The position numbers and the translations under genes are program-made. This document shows positions 23,258 to 35,255 of a stretch of DNA of 64,000 bases, one piece after another (position 1 is the stretch's first letter; each line of letters opens with the position of its first letter). The notes beneath the pieces are model-generated. The model saw only the letters and a list, made by a program, of their open reading frames with translations. It ran no database searches and was not told the DNA's origin. Source of the stretch: Candidatus Bathyarchaeota archaeon (GTDB lineage Archaea > Thermoproteota > Bathyarchaeia > Bathyarchaeales > DTEX01); contig CAVQNT010000005.1 in the NCBI GenBank assembly GCA_963714275.1, forward strand, positions 64,001 through 128,000, read 5' to 3'.

Positions 23258-23950
23258 ATCGTGATGCTTTTCCTAGTTCTGTAAAATCCAGTTATACCTG
23301 ACCTTTTAAAGAAGCCAATCTCTGCTATCCTTTGGCATAGATATCTACTTAGATAGCTACTTTTAATCCCAAACCCGAACGGTGACGAAATCAGAGAAAC
23401 TGCCTATCTTTTCAAACGTTTTTTATGTGTTATTGTTGTGTCTTCGAAGGTTTCTCTTTACGCTTTTTTCTTTTTTCTTTCCTTTCCTTCTTAGTCATTG
23501 GTTTTTTCTTAGTACCACTCATACCCAATTCAATCGCCACATACAATTAGCCGGCATAGATAATAAATGAATCTATCATCTCCATGGTTGTGTCACAAAA
23601 ATTCCAGATTTTACTGTTAAAGAACATCATATGTAAATGTATTCGCTTTTGGCTAGGTCTCTGTTCCGCTCTTCTATATGTAAGGCTAGAATTTTGGATA
23701 TCCCCACATACTAAATCATGCTTTGTATGCGCGTGCTAAGATGGAACTAAATGGAAGGGATTCTTGGAATCCACGTTTCACGTTCACCTCTAAGAAACTT
23801 TACGAATAAGAGAGCTTCTTCGTTAATCAAGGTCTCAATAGTCTGTTTGTTTCCTACTCTTATTCATGGAATTTCAACAATAGCCATCTCTAGAAAAAAA
23901 GTATCATCTAACTCTACTGTTCCTAAAATTTCTTAACAACACAAACTTAT

Positions 23951-24481
23951 CTAACTAATTTTCTGTAAAGCAATTTGTTGCCAAAACTCTAGAGAGTGTT
24001 CTATATTAAGAAATTCCACTCCTTTGCCATCTACATTAACATTTACAAGTTTTGCCCATTTCAGTCCTCCAAATCCATAAAAGAAGTGCCATTTGGCAGC
24101 ACATTTTGAACAAATAATGTAATCTTTTCCACCAAAAGAAAACTTTGGTGTTAATGATCCTTTAGCATAACATAGAGGGCAATATTGAAAGTATAAACTA
24201 ATTTCGCGTTGAGCATTATGTAATATATGTTCAGTCAAATATTCTTCTTTTTTTGCCACCGTTCCGTACATAGTCAAACCCAAGCCTAATACTGCTAAGA
24301 TGATTCCAAAGAAGGCCATTAAGATGTCGAACATATACTCCTTTTGTGTAGATGCAGAGAAAAATCTCGCAAGTTGCCAAGTAAATGTCTGGTAGTCACC
24401 CATAACAGTATATCCGTATAAAATCATGAATCCCCCAATCATCAAAACAGCAATGCCCAAAATGAGATAATTCTCTTTCAT
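23951..24481 (-). CDS. Hypothetical membrane protein with C-terminal Zn ribbon
   Basis: Two TM helices then CPLC...CSKC; AT-rich. Confidence 0.65.
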   Translation of the reverse strand: MKENYLILGIAVLMIGGFMILYGYTVMGDYQTFTWQLARFFSASTQKEYMFDILMAFFGIILAVLGLGLTMYGTVAKKEEYLTEHILHNAQREISLYFQYCPLCYAKGSLTPKFSFGGKDYIICSKCAAKWHFFYGFGGLKWAKLVNVNVDGKGVEFLNIEHSLEFWQQIALQKIS

Positions 24482-24934
24482 TTTTCATCCTCCGCACACA
24501 GCCTAAGAAATAAAGTGTGCTTCTCTCCAACATCTCATATTATATTTTGTTCACATAATTGATTTTTGGAACTTCTTATAAACTAAATTAAGTCAAATTA
24601 AATAGATTATTAATTAACTATTGAACTCTGTTCGTGGTACTTACTACTAAGTAATCCATTTCAATGAGAACTAAATGGTTGATTTGATGGAAATTGCGAT
24701 TTCGATAATGGCTAAATCTCTCTGTTAAGGGTCAACAGAAATGTAATTTCCGTTCTGAAGTACACATTCGCCTATTTCTTTTTGAAAATGTTGATAATGT
24801 TTAACATTCCCTAGTCACTAAATAATTTTTGCTTTGTAGATTCATTAAAATTTTTCTGTATTTCTTTGTATTCTAGGCGTGGTGTTGGCTTATGGATTGG
24901 GATTCGGAGATCAAAAAATCATTTCATTTAGCTT

Positions 24935-25124
24935 AGAAATTCTATAACTGAAAGCAGACTTTTTTCAAGACTGCTTTTTTCATTATCCTTCTCTATCTCT
25001 GTTCTGGATGTCTGCCGTAGAGGATTATATTCACCAATGAACTCAGGCTTGTTAATCCATTCTGCAAAAAGAGAAAGTCCTCCTTCTCCATAACCCTCAG
25101 GTTCACATTTTTACCTTCAAGCAA
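24935..25124 (-). pseudogene. Truncated RimL-type GNAT acetyltransferase, paralogue of 54974-55492
   Basis: Manual translation MLEGKNVNLRVMEKED../FAEWINKPEFIGEYNPLRQTS matches MLEGKNVRLRILEKEDLPLFAEWNNDPRFSGEFEP. Confidence 0.7.
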
Positions 25125-25283
25125 TTATACCACCATACGTTCTTCTATCAGTTTCAGTTCTTATGATTTTTGCGCCTTGTTTTATGTGCTTGTATATGAT
25201 TTTTGACAGCCATATCTATGTAAGTGACGAGGAATAGCCATACAAAATAGCTTGCTAGTGATATTTTACGGTTGTAGGCTGGC

Positions 25284-25673
25284 TTATTTTCTTTCAATCA
25301 ATTCGATGAGTGTTCCATCTGGATCCTCGACAAAGGCTATCAATGAACCATGCGGACTAAGCCTGAAAGGTTCATCCGTGATCGTGACTCCTTCTTTCCG
25401 CATCACCGAGATAGTCTTTTCCATCTCTTTAACTTCGAAGGCGAGATGATCAAAAACCCTGTCCTCGTATTCCGCTTGAATAAACTTCTTCTGGTCTCTG
25501 TAGAGGGTTAACTCCAACTTTGCTCCTTTCCCTTCGGGATCTTGAAGAAATGCGATTTCAGCGTTATTCTTGGCAATCTCGTGCCGGTTCAGAAGTTTTA
25601 GTCCTAGTAATCTCGTATAGAAATCAATCGACTTTTCCATGTTGCTTGTCCGAATACTGGCATGAGTAAACAT
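25284..25673 (-). CDS. VOC/glyoxalase family protein (lactoylglutathione lyase-like)
   Basis: HASIR, SIDFY, LEL, DHLAF, FVEDPDGTLIELIE. Confidence 0.9.
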   Translation of the reverse strand: MFTHASIRTSNMEKSIDFYTRLLGLKLLNRHEIAKNNAEIAFLQDPEGKGAKLELTLYRDQKKFIQAEYEDRVFDHLAFEVKEMEKTISVMRKEGVTITDEPFRLSPHGSLIAFVEDPDGTLIELIERK

Positions 25674-25973
25674 ATTTTCACCTAATTCTTTATCACTTTC
25701 ATCACATATAGGGATTAGGTAGAATATTAATATCGATTATCATGATTATTTTTAAATTTAATATTTGAAGAGACTTTAGTTGATTATTGATTCTCATGTC
25801 GGTCCGAGCTCCTCTAAAGCCTTTAGGAAATATGTCGAGATTATGGACACATTTGGTGGGATTTGATTTTAATTTTTTGGGTTTGGTTTAGGGGTTAAAA
25901 TTTAACACTTTTTCACTTCCATATTGGAAATTATATCCCCCAAATAAATGATATCGCATAATAACAATTATTA

Positions 25974-26594
25974 TTGCCTTCTAAAGCACTATTATATAAT
26001 ATGAACAATAACGAATTACCCCCTGGACAACACAAAATCAACGCCCTTCTAAGATGGAACATAGACCATCCTGGAATCGTGTACCAAAACCCTAAGTTTG
26101 ACCCGAAAACATGGATCCTAACAATTAATGGAGAAGTAGAGAATCCAGTAGAACTAAGCTGGCTTGAATTTCAAAAGCTTCCAGCAATCGAGTCCATGAG
26201 CGATTTCCATTGCGTAGAAGGATGGAGCATCAAAAACTTAACGTGGTATGGCGTCCTATTTAAAACATTAATCGCGATCGTGAAACCTACTATGGATGGA
26301 AAATTTGTCATCTTTCAATGTTCAGATGGGTACACAACATCTCTCAACCGCGAAGACCTTTTCAAAAACAATGTTCTGTTGGCTTACAAACTCAACGGAC
26401 AATTTTTAGAAATCCCAATTGGCGGTCCTTTAAGACTGATCGTGCCAGACAAATATGCTTACAAAAGTGCTATGTGGGTTGAGAAGATAACCTTCGCTAA
26501 GAAAAAAGAGCTCGGATTCTGGGAAAAAAAAGGATACAGCGACACCGCGGAAGTCTGGAAAAATGACCGGTTTGCTGAAAGGAAGGTTCTTTAG
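25974..26594 (+). CDS. Sulfite oxidase-like molybdopterin-binding oxidoreductase
   Basis: DFHCVEGWS, GGPLRLIVP, YKSAMWV, GFWE-GY. Confidence 0.9.
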   Translation: MPSKALLYNMNNNELPPGQHKINALLRWNIDHPGIVYQNPKFDPKTWILTINGEVENPVELSWLEFQKLPAIESMSDFHCVEGWSIKNLTWYGVLFKTLIAIVKPTMDGKFVIFQCSDGYTTSLNREDLFKNNVLLAYKLNGQFLEIPIGGPLRLIVPDKYAYKSAMWVEKITFAKKKELGFWEKKGYSDTAEVWKNDRFAERKVL

Positions 26595-26918
26595 GACAAT
26601 GACCTTCCTTTATAGATAGGAGGCGTAAACACTAAAAAATCGCAGATAAGACATATTCTACAGAAGATAAGGCTAAAAAAAAATTTAACGCCAGTAGTGT
26701 GTAGAATACTTTTCCTTTGTCATTTAGGTCTTCTTTTTTTCAGTTATGAAACCTTCCATAATACTTCCATAACAGAAAAAGCGTTGCAACTACGAAAGCT
26801 ATCTCACTATACTTGAATATCCTTACGATAAAATATCACTTTTTCAAAATTTTGTTGCTTGCTGAGACCTTTTTTATATCGCAACATTTTTAGCATTGTT
26901 AAATGTCAAAACATCTAC

Positions 26919-29468
26919 ATGGCTTACTGGGCGAAGACATCTGAGGAGACGATTAAAGAGTTCTCTTCATCCGAGAACGGCCTTGACGAGAAGGAAGCCG
27001 GCGAAAGGCTGAAGAAATACGGCCTTAACGATATTCCTATTAGGAAAAAGAAGTCCGCTCTTAGCTTACTCTTCTCACAAATCAAGGACCTGTTAATCAT
27101 CACGCTGATAATCGCGTCACTTATTTCTCTTTTTACTGGGGGAACAAACGAGGCAGCAGCAATTCTCGCCATAGTTATCATAAACATCTCAGTAGGATTC
27201 ATCCAAGAGTATAAATCGGAAAAATCTCTGCAAAAGCTGATCAAATACATAAAGTACGAGGCGAAGGTTCTAAGAAACGGTGAAGTCACCGAAATTGAAA
27301 CAAGGTACATCGTGCCTGGCGACATAGTTCTTCTAGAGACCGGAGATAGGGTTCCTGCTGACCTTCGCCTTATAGAAGCGGATGAGCTCAGACATCGATC
27401 AATCCATAGTCACAGGAGAATCGTATCCCGCGCATAAGAGTTCGTCCCCCCTCAAAACTGAAGCTTCAGCGCCTCAGAATATGGAGAACATGGCTTTCAT
27501 GGGAACCCTAGCCGTAAACGGCAAGGGAAGGGGAGTCGTAGTGGCCACTGCGATGAAAAGCACCTTTGGGAAGGTAGTAGGTCTTCTGAAAACAGAGGAA
27601 CCAGAGACAAACTACCAGAGGAACATAAGGAAATTTGGAAGCCTTCTGATAAAAGGAATAACTATTGGAATAGTATTCATATTCATAGTGAATGCGATAA
27701 CAGGATTTCTGTCGAATTCTTTAACAGCAGAGAGAATCCTTGACTCGGCTCTCTTCTCTTTGGCTCTAGCTGTCGGCATAATACCGGAATCGTTGCCCAT
27801 AATCATCACAATTGGGCTTTCTAGAGGAGCCACACTGATGGGCAAAAAGGGGGTTATTGTCAAGAAGTTGAGCACCATAGAAGACTTAGGGAATATGGAT
27901 ATTTTCTGTTCAGACAAAACAGGGACTCTAACTGAGAACACGATTTCTTTAATCGATTACGTTAATCTGAACGGTGATAAAGATGATGAAATGCTACAGC
28001 TCGCGTCCTACTGTACATCAGTTGTACAAACAACGAAAACGATGACTGGCAATCCGTTGGACGTTGCCTTAATGCAATATATCAAAGGAAAAGGCATTCA
28101 GAACCAGTTCGATGAGCGTGTTGAACTTATCCCATTTAATTATTCCAGAAGAAGGATGAGTGCAGTTGTCAAGAGAAACGGCAAGCCGTTGCTTGTCTGC
28201 AAAGGGGCTCCGGAAAGCGTAATCAAAGCATCAACAAAGATGAAAATGAAAGGAAGAATCGTCAAAATTGATCAGGCTAAGGTTCAAGAAGCCTCTGAAA
28301 CACTGTTCAGAAAAGGCATTCGAGTTATCGGTGTCGCAGTAAAGGATGTTGCAGAGAAGCTAGACTACAATGAAGACGAAGAGAACAACATGACCTTTCT
28401 TGGATTTCTATGCTTCAAGGATCCCTTGAAAGCGACAGCCAAAGAATCCATAAACCAGTTCCGTGAGCTTGGTGTACAGGTCAAAATTCTAACCGGAGAC
28501 AACCCAATCGTCACAAAAACCATCGTTGAAGAAGTAGGCATCGACGCAGAAGAAATATTGTTAGGAGAAGACGTTGATGCAATGGACGATGTACAGCTTG
28601 AAGAGAGCTGCGGAGAATACAAACGTTTTTGCAAGATTGACCCCTGAACACAAGGCAAGGATCGTGTCTCTTCTCAGCAAGCATGGGCATGTGACAGGCT
28701 TCCTGGGAGACGGCGTTAATGATGCTCCAGCATTAAGATATGCTGACGTAGGGATTTCTGTTGATGGTGGTGTAGATATTGCTAAAGAAGCAGCTGACAT
28801 AATATTGACCCAACCAAGTTTAGACATTATTTCTGGAGGAATTATTGAGGGCAGAATCACCTTCAGTAATACGACGAAGTACATTCTGAATACGATATCT
28901 GCCAACGTGGGAAACATGGCAACGCTTGCAATAATTTCGGTCATACTGGACTTCCTGCCTATGCTCCCCATTCAGGTGCTTCTAACGAACTTGATCAGCG
29001 ACGGACCTTTACTTTCAATCTCAACGGATAAGGTCGATGAAGAAGAGCTGAATCAAACCTAGAAACTGGAATATTAATCTGATAAGTAGTTTCGCCAAGT
29101 TCTTTGGTGGAATAAGTTCTGTCTTTGATTTCATAACTATAATCCTAACATTATTTCTAGTCGGGTCCAACATTGCCTTGTTTAGGACTTGCTGGTTTAT
29201 CGAGTCGACATTATCAGAGATCATAGTCACTTTCGCAATAAGAACAAAAATGAGATTTTACAGGAGTAGACCAAGCAAAATTCTCATTTTATCATCAGTG
29301 GTATTCGGTCTTCTGACAGTCCTATTACCATACTCACAGTTCAATACCGTCTTTGAATTCTTTCCACCGACTCCATTTCTCCTATCAATTATCTTTAGTA
29401 TATTACTGCTTTACTTTGTAGTGGTTGAATTGGTGAAGCACTTCTTCCACAAGAAGATTCATTTATGA
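26919..29468 (+). CDS. mgtA: P-type ATPase, Mg2+-transporting MgtA-like (several frameshifts)
   Basis: TGES, PESLP, CSDKTGTLT, KGAPE, TGDN, GDGVNDAP, FRTCWFIES, RT...RSRPS. Confidence 0.85.
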
Positions 29469-29609
29469 AGTTAGCTAGTTCGAAACATAATTCTTGAAAA
29501 ACACCTCATTCAGCACCACGTATCTAAACCGAGAGAGGAAGAGATTTCCTTCAAAAGTTAGCTATAGCTAGCTAAAAAAAGGGGGATTTTCGGGAGATAT
29601 CACCAAAGA

Positions 29610-29639
29610 CCAGAAGGTTCGAATCCCACCCCCGGTATT
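29610..29639 (+). repeat. Diverged copy of the tRNA-Met 3' end (attR-like)
   Basis: CCAGAAG-GTTCGAATCCCACCCCCGGTATT versus CCAGAAGtcgcggGTTCGAATCCCGCCTCCGGCATT at 17398-17433. Confidence 0.6.
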
Positions 29640-29770
29640 ATGATAGTATTTTTTAAAGTAAATTCAATGTATTGCTTAGGATAGAAGAAGTGAAGGACTC
29701 TGAATGGTTTATATGACATTAAATTTTCGATGTTAAGTTTTCGATGTTGAGTGGTTAGCTGACTTAGATG

Positions 29771-31255
29771 CTATTTTTTACCTCGACCTCTCATGAAAAT
29801 AAAAGCCACGATTACGCCTATTCCAGCAGCTGCAGCTCCTATGACAACGTACATTATTGGGAATCCTTCTCCAAGAGGAGTCAACGTCACGTCAACAACC
29901 ATATCCACTGTTTGAACGCTGGGTATCTGGACTCCGTTATACACGAGTCCTTGATAAGGCGGTGTGCCTGGCCAATTCAGTGTCTCAACGACCACGTTCT
30001 TGTTTGCCCTTATAATGTGTGTTCCAGGTGAAGACAGCGAATAGTAGGTGTCAGCTTGGATGGTCCAGTTTAACGTCCAGTCTAACGTGATATCCGTGTC
30101 CTCGGACGCGAAAATGTAGGCTTCAACAGATGAATCGGCGGGAAGATAGAATGGAGTGTCTTCATTAGGCTTAACACCTAAGTATGCAACACCTGACCCG
30201 TAAGCATCAAAAGTTCCATTGTGCCCCTGTGAATTAGCAATTGAGCCGTTATGGAGATATTCAAGTGTGACTGGCTTGTCGCTTTGTACGACGATTGCGT
30301 TTGCTGAAGGCTTAAAGCTGACCCCACTGCCTGCTTGTATGTTTGTTGTCAGTATTTGTTGTTTGGTTTCAATATTCAAAACCGTGATCTTCGCGTCCTG
30401 GGCAGCTGACGCTCTAAACCCGTAGTGTTCAATAGGGTCCCAGCTAGGTTGAGACCACGAATAGAAAGTATTGCCTACAAACCCTCCTTCAGCAGAAGGC
30501 AAAAAGAACGAACGAGCATCTCCCCAAATATCCACAGGTCTTCCTGACTGGATCATAATGTAACCCGTGGAAACAATCTTGTATGTAAAGAAAGGTTGCC
30601 ACAACATCTCTTTCCACGTGTTCACTGGAATCTTGTATTGTTGTTGTATACTGTCATTTCTTGTCTCAGTAACCTCAGCATTCTCCAAAGCAAAGATTGC
30701 GTATCCTACGGTGTAACCGTTTCCAGATCCTAACAAGATAAACTCTTTCCCAACGTAAGTTCCGCTAGTGGACTGATAAAACGAATCGGGTAAAGGTCCA
30801 GAAGTTGCGTTGCCAGCGGGAACTGACTCATAATTAAGGAGATAAACGCTTGCTAACTTGTCTGTTTCAACTCTAAAAAAGGTTCCATTCTTGAAGACAG
30901 CGTAATATTTCTGCATGCTGTTTATTGTGGCTGTAACCAGTGAGCCATTATCCATACTGTAGACTTTTACGTGAGTGCCATCTACTATACCCACAACTGC
31001 CACCAACCCAGCTTTCACTATATTCGCTGTCCCCGTCGAATTTGTGTCTAACCTCCAGTCTGAATTAACATTACTTCCGTCAGTCAAATTGTACTGATAC
31101 ATTTTTGCTGGAACATAACCGAAATAATCGTATTTTTCCTGCGCATACACCTCATGGACATTTGTGAGGAAGAAAAAAAGAGAAAAATTACATACCAAGA
31201 GGATTATGATTGCTGTCGTGGAAAATTCCTTCATGATATTAGTTTTTACTTTCAT
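29771..31255 (-). CDS. Cell-surface protein paralogue 1 (IgGFc-binding-like beta domain, C-terminal TM anchor)
   Basis: Signal peptide, many N-x-S/T sequons, SDKPV motif, C-terminal TM followed by RGRGKK. Confidence 0.75.
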   Translation of the reverse strand: MKVKTNIMKEFSTTAIIILLVCNFSLFFFLTNVHEVYAQEKYDYFGYVPAKMYQYNLTDGSNVNSDWRLDTNSTGTANIVKAGLVAVVGIVDGTHVKVYSMDNGSLVTATINSMQKYYAVFKNGTFFRVETDKLASVYLLNYESVPAGNATSGPLPDSFYQSTSGTYVGKEFILLGSGNGYTVGYAIFALENAEVTETRNDSIQQQYKIPVNTWKEMLWQPFFTYKIVSTGYIMIQSGRPVDIWGDARSFFLPSAEGGFVGNTFYSWSQPSWDPIEHYGFRASAAQDAKITVLNIETKQQILTTNIQAGSGVSFKPSANAIVVQSDKPVTLEYLHNGSIANSQGHNGTFDAYGSGVAYLGVKPNEDTPFYLPADSSVEAYIFASEDTDITLDWTLNWTIQADTYYSLSSPGTHIIRANKNVVVETLNWPGTPPYQGLVYNGVQIPSVQTVDMVVDVTLTPLGEGFPIMYVVIGAAAAGIGVIVAFIFMRGRGKK

Positions 31256-31554
31256 CTCTGATTCCTTCTTATTGGATAAGTCTAAGATAATTGTTAGCCA
31301 TTATGTCTATAAAAAATTTTTGTAAACAACGCTGTTTTTTAATATATCTATTAACAATTTATGAATGGGCAAAAAAGGGTAATAACCGTTCAACAAGATG
31401 AATTCCAAAAAGCGTTACAAAAGATTCGGCTTCAAAATGTTTCCTCGTATGAACCTTCCATAAAAAATAGGAGGTCAAACGTGCACAAATCCTTCTTGCC
31501 AATAATAAATATTATATTCTTAGAAAAAAGCCCTTTATTTTTTGTGAATCTACG

Positions 31555-33023
31555 TTATTTTTTGCCTCGGTTTCTTAAGAATAGCAACGCTGCGATTCCG
31601 CTAATAGCGGTGGCTGCAACCCCTATAACCACGTACGTAATTGGGAAGCTTTCTCCCAACGGAGTCAAAATTACATCTGGAACTACGTCAACTGCCTGAA
31701 TGCTGGGAATTTGGACTCCCTCATATTGTAATCCTTGATACTCCGGTTCGAAGGGCCAGTTCAAAATTTCGATAACCAGTTTCCTGTTTGCTTGTATTAT
31801 ATGTGTTCCTGGCTGAGTTATCAAATAGTAAGAGTTTGCTTTTATAGTCCAAGGTTTGTCATCCAAAGTGACTTCTGTCTCTTCGGATGCGAAAATGTAG
31901 GCTTCCACATACGAATTGACGGGAAGATAGAATGGAGTATCCTCGCCAGGTTTTACGCCGATGTATGCCACACCAGACCCATATGCACTGTACATTCCGG
32001 TTCCATCTCTGTTTTCAAGTGAGCCATTATGAACATATTCAAGTGTGACTGGCTTGTCGCTTTTTACAACAATCGCGGGAGCCTGAGGTTTGAAGCCGAA
32101 TCCGCTTCCTGCCTGAACATCGGCTGTTAGTATTTGTTGTTTGGTTTCAAGATTCCACACCGTGATCTTCGCGTCCTGGGAAGATGACACTCTGAATCCG
32201 TAGCTTTCTGTTGGGTCCCAGCTTGTTTGAGACCACGAATAGAAGGTATTGCCTACAAACCCTCCTTCAACCGAAGGCACACACAATGTTCGAGGTTCTC
32301 CCCACGCATTTGGAAGTCTGCCTGACTGAATCATGATATTACCTGTAGAGACAACTTTGTATGTTCTAAAAGGTTGCCAAATTGGCTCTTCCCAAGTATT
32401 GGCGTCAATCGAAAATTGCTGTATATCTCCGTCATCCCTTGTCACTGTGACCTCAGCATTCTCCAAAGCCAGAATCAAATAATCCAGGTTGTAACCTAAC
32501 CCAGATCCCATAAAGACGAATTCTTTACCCACGTAAGCTCCATCAGTAGACTGGTAAAATGTTACAGGCACAGGTCCAGAAGTTGCGTTGCTGGAAGGAA
32601 CCGACCCATAATTAAGGAGCAGGACATTGGTTAACTCGCTTGTTTCAACCCTAAAGGCTGTTCCATTCTGGAAAACAGCGTAATGTCTCTGTGTGCTGTT
32701 TATGGTGGCTTCAGAGACTAGGGAATCATTGTCTAGATTGTAGACTTTTACGTGAGTGTTGTTTTTGATAGACTATAATCACGATTAAGGCAGCACTTGC
32801 CACCGTACTCGTTTGAAGCTTCCAACCCGAATTGATGTTATTCGCATCAGTCAAATTGTATTGCCAAATTTTTGCAGGAACATAACCGAAATACTCGTAT
32901 TCCGTGTTCTGCGCGTGAACTTCATAAACTTCAGTTGGAAAGAAGGCAAGTATGAAGCTTACAGAACAGTATGGTAAATATTGCCTTAACCGGTCCTACT
33001 TTGGTGTGAGTTCTTGATGACAT
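31555..33023 (-). CDS. Cell-surface protein paralogue 2 (5' part frameshifted)
   Basis: Colinear with paralogue 1: YFGYVPAK, EGGFVGNTFYSWS, SDKPVTLE, TM followed by RNRGKK. Confidence 0.75.
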
Positions 33024-33251
33024 TTTTAATCCTTACATTAGATAAAACTTAGATAACTTTGGATTATTAAGTCTATTAAAATTTTCGTAACAAAATTTTT
33101 TTGAAAGATTCTTCAATAGGGTTTGCCCTGAGAAATATTTCAAAAAATCAAGTCTTTGATAATTACATTTCATAGACTGACATAATTATAGTGTTCTAAA
33201 CGGAATCATTAGACTGAACTTATTGCGAAGTTTAATCAGTTATGAGTAATT

Positions 33252-34735
33252 TTATTTTTTGCCATGGCTTTTCATTAATAGCAACGCTACGATTACGCCT
33301 ATTGCGGCAACTGCAGCTCCTATGATTATGTACGTTATTGGGAGACCTTCTCCTCCAAAGGGAGTTAACGTTACATCTGTAATTATGTCTACAGTTTGAA
33401 TACAGGGCACTTGGACTCCGCTGTATTGAAGTCCTTGGTATTCTGGTATGGAAGGCCAATTTAATGTTTCGACGACCACGTTATTGTTTGCCCTTATTAT
33501 GTGTGTTCCTGGCTGAGACAAAGTGTAGTAAGTATTGGCTATAATCGTCCACGGATTTCCGTCCACTGTTATGTCTGTGTCTTCGGACGCGAAAATGTAG
33601 GCTTCCACATACGAATCGACAGGAAGATAGAACGGAGTATCCTCGTCAGGCTTGACTCCAAAATATGCAACACCTGACCCGTAAGCACCATAAATTCCGC
33701 TACTTGCCGCCCTCGAAATTGAGCCATTATGAATCAAGAAAAGCGTGACTGGCTGGTCACTCTCGACAAAAACAGCTGGCGCTGTAGGTTTAAAACCATA
33801 TCCACTTCCTCCAGCAACATCGGCTGTTAGTATTTGTTGTTTGGTTTCGAGGTTCCAAACCGTGATTTTCGTGTCTTGGGCAGCTGACACTCTGTATCCG
33901 TCACTCTCATCTACATCCCAGTCGTTTCGTGACAACGTGAAAAAGGTTTTCCCGACGAATCCTCCTTCAGTACATGGGACAAAGAATGTTGTGGTATCTA
34001 TGTTTCCTGCATGAATCATGATGTTGCCTGTAGACTCGATTTTGTACGTTCTGAAGGGTTCCCAAATTAGTCTTCTCCATGCGTTTGCTTCAATCGAGTA
34101 TGTTTGTATGATTCCATCTTCCCTTGTCACAGTAACTTCAGTTTCTCTAATGCAAAGATCGTGTATTGGAGATAAATATCGTACTGAACCGCCATCAGAA
34201 TGAACTCTTTGCCAACATAGGCTCCGTTAACGTCATAGTAAAACGTGAAAGGCAAGGGATACGACGTTAGACTTCCGTAATCGATAGGTATTGACTCATA
34301 CTTTTCTGAATCTGCTAAAATAATATTCAGAAGCAATAAGCTGGCAAGTTTGTTTGTTACCACCTTAAAAAAAGTTCCGTTTTTGAAAAAGACGTAATAT
34401 TTCTCCATGCTGTCTATTGTGGCTTCGGAAACCAGTGAGCCGTTGTCTAAGCTGTAGACTTCCACGTGGGTGTCGTTCTCTATGCCCGTAATTGCTACTA
34501 AGCCAGCTTTTGCTATTGAGCCCGTGTCTAATCTCCAGCCTGAAGTAACATTATTTGCATCAGTCAAATTGTAATCATAAATCTTGGCTGGAACATAACC
34601 ATAATACTCGTATTCTGTATCCTGCGCACATACTTTTGAAACAGAGACTGAAGAGAAAGCGAGAAAAGAGCTTGATAACAGAATTATGAATATTGCCACA
34701 GATGATCCCAGTTTAACGGAATTTTTTAATATCAT
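33252..34735 (-). CDS. Cell-surface protein paralogue 3 (frameshift near 34140)
   Basis: YYGYVPAK, EGGFVG, YGSGVAY, TM followed by KSHGKK. Confidence 0.75.
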
Positions 34736-34965
34736 ACCTATCCACTTCTATTGAATAAACCTTAGATAATTTTCAATGTAAATGTTATTAAAATTTTCGT
34801 AATAAATCTATATAATTAAAAATTGGTTTTTAATGCATCTCTTTCATTCACAATTAAATCAATGTAACCAAAAAAAATTCTTCCTCAGGAGTACATTCTA
34901 TGGCGCAAAACAGACAAGTCGAACCAAACGAAATTAATAATAATAAACATTCAATACTTGAGAGG

Positions 34966-35088
34966 TAGCGGGGGGTCGAATTTCAAGAACCCAGTTTCAG
35001 GGTTTCTTTTTGAACGACCGATTTCTGGGTCACTCAGACTTGAAGTCTTATGAGCCCAGCGGGTTAAACCTGGCTACCCCACCCCGCT
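34966..35088 (-). tRNA. Initiator tRNA-Met(CAT) with two introns: 18 nt at 37/38 (35031-35048) and 29 nt at 59/60 (34980-35008)
   Basis: A1-U72 pair, GGG/CCC anticodon stem; BHBs CTCA-TA^A/TGAG-TG^A and TTCA-AA^A/TGAA-AT^T. Confidence 0.93.
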
Positions 35089-35255
35089 ACGTAGTTCTTC
35101 AATTGTGTTACGCGAGATTTCAGCCAGATTCATGTGAATAAAGAATCACTTGAATAAAAGAGTTGCGACCACATCACAGCAAGCTCTTAATTACAGAAAC
35201 AGTAACTTTCGTGTTCCAGTTATGCTTATTATTGCCAATCCATATAGAAATTGTT

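Larger units (their letters stand above)
17432..29639. mobile_element. Degenerate integrated island at tRNA-Met
   Basis: Integrase remnant at left end, diverged copy of the tRNA 3' end at 29610-29639, accessory cargo and pseudogenes between. Confidence 0.5.

Noticed and set aside
29610-29639. Split or permuted tRNA half
   Set aside because: Too short and degenerate, with no complementary leader; better explained as an att remnant
31361-31699. Short ORFs antisense to or between the surface-protein genes
   Set aside because: No motifs; they overlap well-supported genes on the opposite strand
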